Positions 35,801 through 49,694 of a stretch of 64,000 nucleotides of DNA are shown piece by piece. The stretch's first letter is position 1, and the number at the start of each line of letters is the position of its first letter. The notes beneath the pieces are model-generated. The model ran no database searches. It was not told where the DNA came from and worked only from the letters and a program-made list of their open reading frames with translations. The DNA is from Octopus vulgaris (lineage: Eukaryota), in the NCBI GenBank assembly GCA_951406725.2, contig OX597831.1, positions 372,001 to 436,000 on the forward strand, written 5' to 3'. The position numbers were made by a program, and so were the translations under genes.

Positions 35801-38800
35801 GTATGTTTCCTAGTTTTGACATTGAGTGATAGTCATAAATGTCACTGACAGGAAGGGCAATGAGTTCTCTCCAACCCATGCAAGGATGGAAAAGCAAACA
35901 TTAAAAACTATATTTATCGAACCCCGAGTATTTGATTCAAAGCAGTGTTGGTAGCAGGCTGAACTAATGGAGCAGTGATAAGACTCCATTAGTAAAACAA
36001 AATCAAGAGAATCTCAGATTTAGTATAGTGTACATGATTAATGTAAGATTATGGTAGTAATATATCTTATAAACTTGTGTTACTGTATTAATAACATTAA
36101 TACATTGTCAATACCCCTTTGGCTTACACAAGGGTGGAGATGGAAACAGTTCAAACTAGGCTGCAAAACAAGCCAAGTAGACAAACCTGCCTTAGGGTAG
36201 CTCATTCCAATTAGGTATCGCTATTACTTGACCTACTATAAATAGTAGCCAAAAAACTGCTTGTATCACAAACTACCATTTTCAACGAAAGAAACATTGA
36301 TATAATTGCCTTATCATAATCGTTTAACATCCGCTTTCCATGCAAGCATAGGTTGTAATATCTTTCAAAAAAGATGACCCCATTAAGAATGTCTTTAATC
36401 CTTTGCATTATAAGTACAAGGTTTGAAATTGGATCTGGCTAATTGGTTACATCAACACCAATGTTCAACTGACACTTATTTCACTGACCTTGAAAGGATG
36501 AAAAAGAAAGCTGACTTAGTGGAATTTGAACTCAGAATACAAAGACATGAAAATGATGCCACTAAGTATTCCATCCTGTCATCATTTAACGTCCACTTTC
36601 CATGCTAGCACCGATTAGATGGTTTGACACAAGCTGGCTGGGCTCCAATTGTCTGCATTCACATGGTTTCTACAGCCAGGTGACCTTCCTAACACCAGCC
36701 ATTTTACAGTGTGTACTGGGTGCATTCCTATGTGGCACTGGAGTGGATGCTATTGTATGTGACACTGGCACAAGTGCTTCTCTGTATGGCACCAGCACCT
36801 GTGGGCCCCACAAGGCAAGGACCTCTTGGCTGACAAAGGAACATGTCTATGTATAGATGGCTAGGATTTGGCTTAGCTTCTCAAGCCATAAGTCTTGATC
36901 CCTTGTTATCAGTGAGGCCTAGCATCTGAAGATGCTTTCCCACCACTTTGTCTCGCATCTTCTTGGGTCTACCCCTTCCAAAAGGGTCTCACCACAATTA
37001 GAGATTGGCACTTTATGCAGCACATGACAATACCAGCACAGTCTTCTCTTTTGCATGCTACATCTGATACCTCTTCAACCCAATTTTTCTCTTCATTTAC
37101 AGTCTTTGGGAATACCTTTAATCAAAAATCTACTTGGTCAGGGTTAACCCAAAGCTACACATTATAACAAGAAAAGAATTAAGTTGAATAATTAGTTGTA
37201 GTAACTCAATACAACATACAAAATGCTAAATTTAATTAAAGCTATCAAGTAGGTTTCATTTTAAAGAGAGGTGAATAAGCTTTACAGAGCTTGTAATGGT
37301 TACTCTTAAAAAAAGAAAACATTTCTAAACAAATAATATTGTACCTGTCTGACCAAATTTTGCACCAGCTTGTCCATAGTAAAGGCAACATAGGCATGAA
37401 TCCCAAACATCTCTCTCAGTTGGTCCTCGTAATGACTAGACTCCAGGTTACCATCCAGCAAATTCTTCACCATATCCAAAAAGTACGGGTAATATTCATC
37501 TGGCTCTATTACATCTAGATAAAAATAAAATTTAAAGTAACAAAATATTTTGCAAATATAAAAATTTTTTTTGTGCTGGTCATTTCTTGCAGTGGGCTCA
37601 GTAAAGATGGAAATAATCTCAAATTTAGAGTGACAGTGTATGACAAGGCTGGGATTACAAGCATGATGTATCTACAGGGCTTTCAGTTTCTGTTAATCCA
37701 TTTTACTCCAAAAACTCCAGTTGACCCAAGATCATTGTTGAAATAACTTACCTAAAGTGCTGTACAGTGGAACTGAACCCAGAACAATGATTGTGAAAAA
37801 GCTAAATCTTCAACTCGTAAAAACAAACACATAGGTGCAAAATAAGGTGGAGAAAATAGCACTCAAAGAGTAAAATAGTGTTTTACTCCAACTGTAAAGA
37901 GTTCACAAACAATTTCACATTACCAACTATTATGGCTGTCTGATTATATTAGAGAGATGGAATTCCTGGGTCTGAAGGAGTAAAAAAAACTTCCTATTAC
38001 AATAACCCAATTTCAAATATTTTCTCATTAACTTCAATTTAGCCTTTTCAGCTTCAATAAATTTCAATGATTATATATAAAGTAAATCTATTGCTGTGAG
38101 CTCCAACAAGATCTGATGGGCTGCAGGACTGCATCAGGCTTCTGCTTATTCATTGAATTAGCATGTATGTTGCTGAATATTCCAATGATACCTGTAAGCT
38201 TAATGTAACTCAGGTAGAATCAGTGACTGTGTGCAATAAACTGTGCACCTTTTGAGTTGCATGTCTAATCCATCCACCCTAGCTTCTACAGTTTCTGTCA
38301 ACCTACCACAACCTTGGGCTTGATCCAAACCCTACACATACTTGCTAACCATAATGTTAAAGTCTGCCATGCAACACTGCCAAAAGTCTTGCGTCAAATA
38401 AAGCCCCAGTCATCTCTCTTATTTACATATGTAGCTTCCATCACCAACTCAACACAATCAACCAGCCAGTAAAGTTTATCCAATATGGCCCCTATCTTAA
38501 AGGAGTGTCTGCTATAGGACACTACCTCATTGACTTTAGAGAGGATACACTGCCTCAAATAACAGTAATAATGCGAATAATTTCCTGGAAATAGACAAAT
38601 GCTTACTTTGAGCTCGGAGACGGAGGGCTATGGCTGTAGATTCCTTGCGACCCTTCTTCTTTGCATCAGCTTCTTCCTCTGCAATTTTCACAGCTTGAGT
38701 GTAGATTTGGCACAACCGATCACATAATAATTGGTGAAGCCGGAAGAAGAGGTACCAATTGTTGTTGACAAAAAACAAGGAATACAAGTCTTGCTGAAGA

Positions 38801-41800
38801 GAGAAAAATAAGGCATAATTAGCCACTGGAGGTGTTTATGCAAAGCAACAAAATCAAACAACACTGGACCTAACATGTAAGTTTTAAACACATATTACTT
38901 AAGGGGGCAATGAGGTTGTATTCTATGGCCAGATGCCCTTCCTGGCATCAACCTACATTTTTCAAGTAGGGCATTTTTATTTTGCTACTCTTCATGAAAT
39001 CACAAGTTACAGGACCTTTATAAATGACAGCAACATTGTCACTATTTTGCTCACATAACTTGTATCACACACATGCGTGTGAAAAAGCAAAAAAGGGAAG
39101 GTTTTCAATATACAGTTTATATATGGCCCAAAAGAAAGATTCACTTTATTGTTATTCAGAGTTTCTAACTTATGTATGTTCCTACAGATATTTTAAAGAA
39201 TGAAGTGTTTCACCAGTTTCAAATAAATAATATACACACAAACACACATAAAATGTAAAACTATGCACATGTGGACAATAGAGAATATCTGATTAAAAAT
39301 CAAATGTAATGCTACAAGTAAATATGTACACATTTTCTTCATTTTTAAATTATCTTTTTTCTCTGGCACTGCTGAGAGATTACTTCAGCATATCTATGTT
39401 CAATGATAATCACTTGAGAAAAATATCTTATTGGGAAGTATGTAAAAAGACTTGAAACTAACACTGCTAGATTGAATTGTAATTGAGAAAGTACATAGGG
39501 GGTTTTATATTAGAGAGAGATGGAATTCCTGGGTCTGAAGGAGTAAAAAAAAAAAAAAACTTCCTATTATAATAACCCAATTTCAAAAAGTTCCTCATTA
39601 ACTCCAATTAAACCCACACAATCTTCACAGTAATACTGACTGTTTACACACACATGAGGCTAATAGATAGAAGGGTGTGTGTAAAAAAAAAAAAAAAAAA
39701 AAAAAGGATAGTAAAGAAACCCTTTGCATTACTACTTTAAACCCCTGACATGTCTTCCATACCCACCTCCACTCAACACAGCAATTTGTAACACAAGTTA
39801 AAACCTAAATTTATCTTATCTCCTTATAGTTCCCAACCACAGTTGAAGTTTAATTATCAAGAACTAATGACTGCAGATAAGGACCAATAGAAAAGGGATA
39901 CCATTTTACAGACTCAGATCTCCATTTTAGAAAAAAACTGTTTTTGATCAGTGTCATATATAATTAGCTTTCATATCTATTTTATCAGACAAGCAGGAAC
40001 ATTCAAATCCAAACATTGACAAGAATTGCTTTTAGTAAGCAGCTGGTGACTTTCTTCTTAAAGGAAAGAGAGATCATTTCAACTGAGGTTAAACACTAAA
40101 ACAAAGCAATGTATTCTTTAATATAGGATACAGTGTAGAGAGAGGGAGTGTTTGAAAGCCAACACCCTAACTATTCAATTACTATGCACACAGATACACA
40201 AAATACCTCACCTCCAAATATTAACATTAAAATTATCTCGTATATATAAGCCATGCAGTGCATGCTTAAAGTATGAATGCAAATTGATTTTAATGTTTCA
40301 TTTTTATGAGAAAGAGGGTCCATAAATGCAATATGTAACCTTCAATTATACTGCTTTCATCATCATTTAGCATCTATTTTCCATTAGACTGTTTGACTGG
40401 GGCTGGTAAACAAGAGACATGGCTGAATGCCATTTTTAACACCGACCACTCCATAGATAGTACTGGATGTCTTATATGTCACTGACATGGGTGCCTTTCA
40501 CAGGTCACCAACACTGGCCATGACTTCACTTAGCTTTATTTAAATGCTTAAAATTAAATATTTTCATTCAAACTATCCGGAGCCGTCCCTGATATATATT
40601 TTCCTTTTGCTGATATCATCCAGTGTTGCATTTGACCAGCAGTTGGCTTGATCAGAGACCTTGAGTTGAATCGAACCAGTACATCATGGAAGAGCCATCC
40701 TGTCTATTTAATAACATACAAAACTATTCAAGTCACTTTACATTTGTTTCATGAGATATCAAAACTATCAAAGTAGACCTGTGAAGAGGGTTGTGTATAG
40801 TTCCACTGCAACTATTACTAAGTCTGTTAACCAGTTTTTAAAGGTTTTGATTTTTTTTTTCTCGCTTCTGAGTGTTGAGCCTAGAAAATTATGGATTTGC
40901 TGTATTCATGGCGATTGCTTTTAACCTCATGATATCAGTCATTTGTGAATCATCACTAGTCACCCTCGGTTTCCATATAGTTTTTTTCTTTGGCTTCTTT
41001 ACAACATTGTATCAGTATCATCAGTGATCAGGCTGCAGCTGTGCAATGAATAATTCAACATCTCATGATATAAATATCATGTGAAATTAACACCTTGTAT
41101 TAAATGGCTGAAATGGCTCTTCTATAATACACTGCTCTTATTAACAGTGACTTCGTAGTTTCAGCCTACTTCGCCTCCTCAGATGATGAAAGGCTAAGCA
41201 AGTCAAAACTTCCAAGTCACTGCAAATACTATTCCTGTTAAAGAATATATACTTCACAAAAAGTATTGAGTAATCTTTCAGTTTAATGTAAAATTGTTTA
41301 AACACGGCATAAAAACAAACATTAATATATCATCACAACACACTTGTAAACTTACATCTTCAACTTGTGGGATAGCATCATAGTTTCCATTTAATAATGG
41401 CTTTTCAGGAGTCACTTCTATACATTTTTTATCTTTTTCAGAATTCACTTCTGAATTATGGTTGTTATTAGTGGAAGATGTTAAGATATTGCTGCTGCTG
41501 CTGCCACCACCATCTTTCTCAGGTTTGTCAACATCATCTACATCCATGTCTGTTAGAACAAAGTGCAATACAATTAATACAATTAACAAAAGCAACAAAC
41601 ATGCTCAAAAAACGCTTTAGATCAGAGAAGGAGTGACACAAAAGCCACTTAATTACGACTATACAAAATCTAGTATAAAGTAGATTGTATATTCAATTTC
41701 AAGAGCAGTATAATTTAAACATTCAATATGTGGAATTACAAGAGTAACAGTTAATTTAACCATTTCATTGGTAAATACATGTCCATACATCATTGTAATA

Positions 41801-44800
41801 CCAATGGCAGAAAGTAATGTTTGTGTGATAGTTACAAGGGGTTAAAAAGACGAGACCTCCCTCTTCCAACCTCAGTTACACAGAGCCAAATGGACCCATT
41901 ATGATTACTAGGCAGCATAATGAATCAATGACAGTGCCTCTGTGAAGTCATTTGATTAGAAAGAAAAAGCAGCTAAATTCCTTCAAGTTCTACCCTCGTG
42001 TCTTTTAAACAGAAAAATATAATCAACAATGTAATCCAAGATACTTGGAAAATAATTGGCTAAGTCAAGGCTGGAACACCTCTGACCATAGACCTAACCC
42101 AGGACTAAATATTGATATCAAATTTTGGCAGAAGGCCAGTAACTTCTTGAGAGGGATAAGTCGATTACATTTGCCCCAGTGTTCAACTGGTACATTTATC
42201 AACTCTGGCAGAATTTGAACTAAGAACATAATGACAAAGTGCTAAGCATTTTACCCTGTGCTGTAAAAATTCTGCCAGCTTGCTGCTTTAACCTGGGACT
42301 AAATAATTGTGGTGATAGTAAGCTAAATAAACTCACAACCCATATTTTACTTATATCATTACAAGCCAAGAGGATACCTTCAGTTGAAGCTGTACCTCAA
42401 TAGTTGCCTATCCTCATCTACTAATTCAAATTAGTCTACATTATCTCTGAGGACACTTAAGATATTTTAGACCAAGTGACCAATATCAAGTCTGTCTTGA
42501 TGACCTTACAGCAACCATGTCTTCAGTTGTTTACCACATTAATGGCAAGACACATTAAAGTCTCCTGGAGGGCTTCCTACATGAAGACAGCACAGATAGA
42601 CTGAGTCAATGAAGCAAACTGTTCTTCCTATATAGAAGAGAGAGATGGAGAGAGAAAGAGAGAGAACTTAGACCAAATTTACTTGATAAAAGTCTCGCAC
42701 ATCAGTCTGGAATATGGATTTTGTGTGGAGACTAATCACTAATAAGCAACATGGTGATCAATCTTAAGTCTATGATCAAACACACTAGCCATAGTATGCT
42801 AAAGACTATATTATCCAATGTGTCTTTTCTATTTAAGATAGCAGGGTTGGCTACTAACTTTAGCAAACTGAGTGACCATATCAGTTTCTAGAGGACAGCA
42901 TGGACTAAGTTTGTATCTCACTCTATTTCATCCTTGTACTGTGGGGAAGTATTGGTAGATATGAAGAGTCACAGCAAAGAAACTCCTTTACCTCTTCCAA
43001 ATGGGGATCAACAATAAGGGCACCCCTGCTGTGATGCCTGACATTTGTCAAATATGAAATTTCACTAATGTATGTATGTGTATAAACTACATTAACACTG
43101 GCTGAAGTAAAACTGCCGAAGTAATCTTACCATCATCTTTATCTTGTTCATCATCACTCAGTTCACCTCGAGGCAGGAAAAACAAGTCTGGAATGAAGTG
43201 ATACAGCAATTGCTTGATTCGCTGCTTGTCATCTTTGGAAATACCTGAATCAAAATAAAAGAGTTGTAGAATATCTTAATTTTAAGTAAGTGACACATAA
43301 AATTACAGGAAAGTAGAAGTATAAACATCTTAACCCTTTTTATGATCCTATTTTAAACTGAAGTGGTTGATGAATAAGGAAAAGGAAAGGAACAGATGGA
43401 AGTGATGTAGGATGTAAAGGAGACATAAACCTTGTTGCAGAAACCTCCAGATAAGATAAGACAAAAATACTCCAAGTCTTTAGAGTAAAACCTATGCCAA
43501 AGGAAGAAATGGTTGACAGCATGTCATAGAAGATTCTCTAGTGCTGGTAGTAAGGTTAAACAATGTATTTATTATAAAGCAGGTGCTGATAAGCTCTGCC
43601 AAAAGCAAAGAATGAATAAAACCAACTCTTTAGTCTTGTTGGAGAGGACATGTATTTCAAGATGAATGTGTAATGAGTGAAACACTAATTCAGACCAGTA
43701 TGGAAAAAAAAAGGACAACAGATTCTAATGAAATGCACAGCTCATTTAAATAAGGTTCTTAATTATGATTTTGATGGTAGTTGGGTTAATTCATATACGA
43801 ACACTTTAAATGAGAACCAGCAGAAGGTTGTTTTCCAAAAGGTTAAAAACATGGTAACCTAATACCCAACAATTCAACACAAATCACCATGGGGTCAAAG
43901 ATGATACACTACAATTTTTTTCCCTATGTAATTTCAGCAAAAGGATCAGCTGATGTTTTCTTCCTCTATGACCATTAAAATACACACAATACAGCTAGTA
44001 TACAATACAAAAACATTTGCAAGAATTTAGAGAGTAAATAGTCTTCCCTCTAATAAGTACTCAGCTAAAGGAGGACAAAGAAGAAAAAAAGTATCTAATT
44101 TTAAGTAAAACTTTGATCAAATGATGCAACTCAATGTTTGTTTTTTAAGGGATAAAAACAATTTTTGAAGATTATCGCAGAAGCCAACCACTATGACATA
44201 AATACAAACTGTTGCAAGTACATTAAATGTGATAAGGTGCCCACAGAGCTAATAAGTAGAACTGCAAGAACCTCCAAACTGCCAAGTCAGGAAATGACTT
44301 GACATACCCTCCTGTCTTTTAAATAGGAGAGACATAATTGACAATGTATTCAAGGGTATTTGTAAAATAATTGGCTAAGTCAAGGCTGGAATACCTTTGA
44401 CCAGAGACCTAACTTGGAACTAATCAATTAACAAATAAAACAGATTGGCATGTGTAGAGTATCTTCGTATTACTTACTTGCTTGGCGTTTCATGTGATGT
44501 ACTATAAGAGATGTAGCATCATCAATTGTTGACCTGTCTTTGTATACAAAGGAAATGTGAGGCCCAGGGGTGAAGTTATCTTTACGTTCCGATTGTTCTG
44601 CTTGCTACAAAATATAAAGACAAACAATTACCACTGCAATCATCACCACGTACCAAAGAAAAAGAAATGATTTTTAATTACCAAGATGTGTAATGGCCAA
44701 AGATAATCAAAATAACTAACCTCATCATAAAGAGTTTCTATTTCATTAAGTAGAGCTTTCGATCGAATTGCCTTCACGTCATTTTGCTTAAAGTTGATGC

Positions 44801-47800
44801 CCATATGATCTAAAGATTTTAAATAGAATTTTTCATTCTGCTCACGCCACAGTTTATTAAACTGTTTCTGATTTTCCCGCCATTCTTCTTCCTTTGCTTT
44901 TAACCTGAAATAATAACGAACATCAATCAACTGAAGTATAATAACACTAAAAGCAGAAACAACAATCTAAATAAATAAATGGCACAGTATCTCACCTTCT
45001 TAGAACCAATGGAACAGCCACACAGGGATTTTTCTTTAAACCATCAATTATATCAGGGGCCTTATCTCCATATAACCTGATGGAAGATATGATATGAAAG
45101 GGAATCATTTAAAAAAACGAATTGCCTAAACAGGTCAATACCAATCAAAAGACTATCAATCAATCTAATAACTTCTGCAAATCATTACTCACCGATGAAT
45201 GGCTTTTCTGTGTAAAACTTCAGATGTTCCACCTAAACAGTTGTCTAACCTAAACTTAGCCGCTTCTTCAGGACTCATCCTGGATAATTTTTTTTGTACA
45301 GTCTCAAGCACTTTGATGACTGCAGAATTGGTTTCAATGACAACATCTAACTAAAAAAAGAAAGCAGCATATATAGTAAAATCTAATATACAATTAATAT
45401 ACGTGCACAAAAACATTGCGAAACACTGACATACAGTAACTGCATGCTAAACACCAATACACAATACCTACATTTATACAAACACAGTAAATCATATACA
45501 ATAGATATAATACATGCTAAAATACAATAACTACATAGCAAACACTGGTATACCATTACTCCATAGTAAATATACAGTAGACACCTATCATCATTCCATG
45601 CTGGCATGGGTTGGATGGTTTGAACAGGACTGGCAAGCTGGAAGGCTGTACCAGACTACTCTGATTTGGTGCGATTTCTACGGCTGGATGCCCTTCCCAA
45701 TGCCAACCACTCAGTATCATGGGTGCATTTACATGCCACCAGTATGGATGCCATTTGCCCGATGCTAGTATCTGCCATGACTACTTTTTTGACTTGGCTT
45801 GGTGGGTCTTCTCAAGCACAGCATAATGCCAATAATATATATATATATAGTAAATACTAATCTGCAATATTTGGTAAATAGATATATAATAAATACCAGC
45901 ATATAGTAAAACTGAAGTTGATTGAATTTGCGATTTTTACATTCTATCCCTCCACTGATGTGTGAAACATGTTAAATTCTTGGACACTTTTTTTGAGCCC
46001 ACAGCATGCAAACCAACATATTGATATATGTTTATTATAAATTGTGAAATATAGTCTCAACTGTTTAAGAGTAACAGCTGATATAGATTTTCCATATAGT
46101 AGCTAGTATGTTAGAATCTGGGACCCTTTAAGGTCCCGCATTCATACTATTCAAGCACAGTGCTTGAATAGTATGAACGCTGGATCTTAAAGGGTCCGAC
46201 ATTCTAACATATCCAACCAAAAAAGGAATTCCCCCTATGGGCACAAAGGGCTAGAAATAGCAGCTATCTAATTGTACTGATGCAATGGATAATGTAGCTC
46301 AATTTTCTATACTTTGAACAATGGCCAAACGTTTCACAAGAAATATTGTATACATGTTGACCTCGTTTTCCCACAGTATGCAAACACTATCAAGACAAGG
46401 TAAGAGAATTCTCTTTCTCAAGGCATTGGTCCCCGACACTAACTTACAATACCATGCAGTGAGAAGAAACTAAACAAGAGGAAAACAGAAGTCTGTGTCA
46501 ACAAGATTAGTAAACATGAATGTTTGTAACACCCGTATATGTGTTTGGTTTTTCCGTGCTAGGATGGGATAAAACGAATATATCAAATTGCTTTACAGCT
46601 GTTGCAAACACTGTTTAATTTTAGCTAAGTGATATTTTAATCCCACAAAAATGTGGGAAGTAATCAAATAATTGATTGAGAAGGGAAATAAAAGCCATGT
46701 CACTGCCTGTAGCTGAGCAATTTCCAATACATAAAGTACATGTGAACTTCTTTCAGTTTCTGTCAACCAAATCTACTTAAAACAGTTTTGTTGGTCTAGG
46801 GCTATAGTAGTAAGACACTTGCCCAAGGTGCTGAACCTAAAATCACTTGGATGGGAAGCAAACTTAACCAAATTTTCTATGGCCAGAAGCCTGGCCTGTT
46901 GCCAACCCTCACTTGTTTCCAAGTAAGGTAATGTCTCTTCAAGGAAGGCTGGAAATGAAGAACATTACTTGTATGATGGTGATGCTCATTTACAATCATT
47001 ACATGTTAAGACAAGGATACAGAGCAAGAGAGCAAGAGTGAAAGCAAGAGAAAGAGTGAGGGAGAGAGCGAAAGAGAAAGAGCGAAGGAGAGAGCGAAAG
47101 AGAAAGAGCGAAGGAGAAAGAGCGAAGGAGAAAGAGCGAAGGAGAAAGAGCGAAGGAGAAAGAGCGAAGGAGAAAGAGCAAAGGAGAAAGAGCAAAGGAG
47201 AAAGAGCAAAGGAGAAAGAGCAAAGGAGAAAGAGCAAAGGAGAAAGAGCAAAGGAGAAAGAGCAAAGGAGAAAGAGCAAAGGAGAAAGAGCAAAGGAGAA
47301 AGAGCAAAGGAGAAAGAGCAAAGGAGAAAGAGCAAAGGAGGAGAAGAGAGCGAAAGAGAGCAAAGGAGAGAGCGAAAGAGAAAGAGCGAGAGAGAGAGCA
47401 AGAGAGAAGAAAATACCACAAAAATGAAAGTGACAAGACACACTTCCAACTTAAGATGTTTTACCTCAAATCGCTCATCCTCACATCGATAGACATGTTC
47501 TTCATACTGAGTTTTTCTAGACGTGACAAATGTGGAGTCTTCCGACCATGATGGGAATGAGACCCAGGTATCATTGAGGACTTCTTTGCATAATGGAGTT
47601 CTTCCCGAACATTTGGGTTGTGGATACGATGAAGGAAGTGCACGATAACTGACACCAAACTTTTTACACGTTGAAAAATCTGCAACATAAATGGAACACA
47701 AAGGGTAGCATAAAAACAGCAATGGAAGAATTAATGCATGATTAGACTTCATCTGATCAGACATTCTAGTCATGACCCACGCCAAACAGTGTCCATGACC

Positions 47801-49659
47801 ACATTATCCAATGTGACCTTTTTAAAAGGTAGTAAGAGGCAATCAAAGATTTGGTTGCTATTTCTAGCATATAGGGTTTGTAGTTGGCCTTAGAATTAAT
47901 GATGTATCAAAGGGCCCAAGACATTGGGGTAGTGAACCCAAAGATCCTGCATCTAGTGTCATTGCCCAAGAATCCAGTGTTTATATAATACTAGTGATAC
48001 CTCGAAGAGGAACCCAATTTTCTCTCAAACTAGACCCTAAAAGGCGGACACGACTTAGATACACTATTCTTGCCACCCCCCCACTGGTCATAGTTGGAAA
48101 ACTGGAACTAAACAGCAAGAACAGAGACTGAGAAGTAAACATAATGCAACAGTTAACGTTGGGATCCAGTTGTTGGGTAGCCAAAAATCAGCTCTGATAT
48201 AGTAGACCCTTAACACACAAATTGTTGGTCATATAACTAGGTGTTGCTCCAAGGATCTGTTAACCCAGAAATATCGCACACTCCCAAAATGCAGAGATGA
48301 ATTACAAGGAGTGCAGAGAGAGTAGACAAAACTGATCTTACAAATTCATAAAAAAACAAACAAAAGTACTTACCTATTTCCATGGCTAAGTCGCCACTAA
48401 TTCTCTCTTTACCAGTCGCCGAGTGTGGAACAGGGTCGACGTTGCTACCAGATTCTTTATAACCAAGAAAGTCTTTGAACCATTTATTCAGCTCAGGATG
48501 CCTCCTGGAATCGACAGGATTTGGAAAAAAAATCATTATAGTCATTTGGGGGTGGGAATGTAAAGCTTTACACATGACATGTGAAGTGTATGGCACCTCA
48601 CAAAACGTCATGTAATATACATATATTAGAATATCATACAAACATTTATACCAGCATCAGTGGAATGGATTTTGTTGGAAAAACTGCTTTCATAATAGGA
48701 TACTTTGCCTACCACACCCATCCAACTGTGTCAGGCAAAGACTGAGGCACAGAACAGTTTATACTATATGGACTGCTCAACATAACCAATATTAAGATCA
48801 CTTTCAGTCAAAGGTCACAAGATGGCCAGATCAAAGTTGAAGATATCACACACCACAACTGCACATGTTAGGTTACCATGACAAGAGAAAATATATAACA
48901 ATTCAGTTGAAGCCCTTTAAGAAAAAGAACTGACTGAGAATGTCGAATGATTTCCTGTCCCCATGGCAACTTAACCTACTTTTAAATTTGAAAAAAAAAA
49001 TGTGTATTTTCTCTTTCTACATTGACACTTGATCATAGGCAGACCACTGTCAGGTCTCCTTAGGAGTGAATATATCTAGCACAATTCTAAAGTACAAATG
49101 GTATCATATTCCATGATGCCACTTTTATATACCTATAAATTTACTTAAATATCTTTTCAAGATACGAAAATATACAACACACATTTGCACAGACACTATT
49201 GTTCTTCATCCACTTTCCATGCTAGCAGGAGTTAGACTGGGCAAGGGATCACATCTCATATTACACATGTGAAAAATAAGATTGAATCCTCATCTTGAAA
49301 TAAATTTCAAGATGAGGATTCAATCTTACCTAGTTTCTCACTTCTATAGGTTGCTTCCACAGGTAACATCTTTTATCTCTTCAATGAGCAGAAAATGTGA
49401 GGATGGAGCAAATTGCTATGCCAGACACACATACACTGGTTTCCCTGATACTCACCCCAAAAATGTCTGCACCATCTGAACCAACTCTGCTCTAGAAAGT
49501 ACTTCTTGGTTGAATAGTACCAAACAGCGTAGGAAGTTCTCATAGACATCAGTATTTTTCAAGATCTTTCGCACCTAAAAACAAGAGAACAAGAAAAAAA
49601 TTGATCAACCTGTTAATCTGATGTATAACAAATTGGGAAATGGATATCATTTTAGTGAG

Positions 49660-49694
<35 letters not shown>

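Noticed and set aside
46969-47441. Long Arg/Lys/Glu-rich and Leu/Ser/Phe-rich ORFs on both strands
   Set aside because: They are translations of the stop-free 14-bp minisatellite. Only 47465-47679 of the 259-aa ORF is a real exon.
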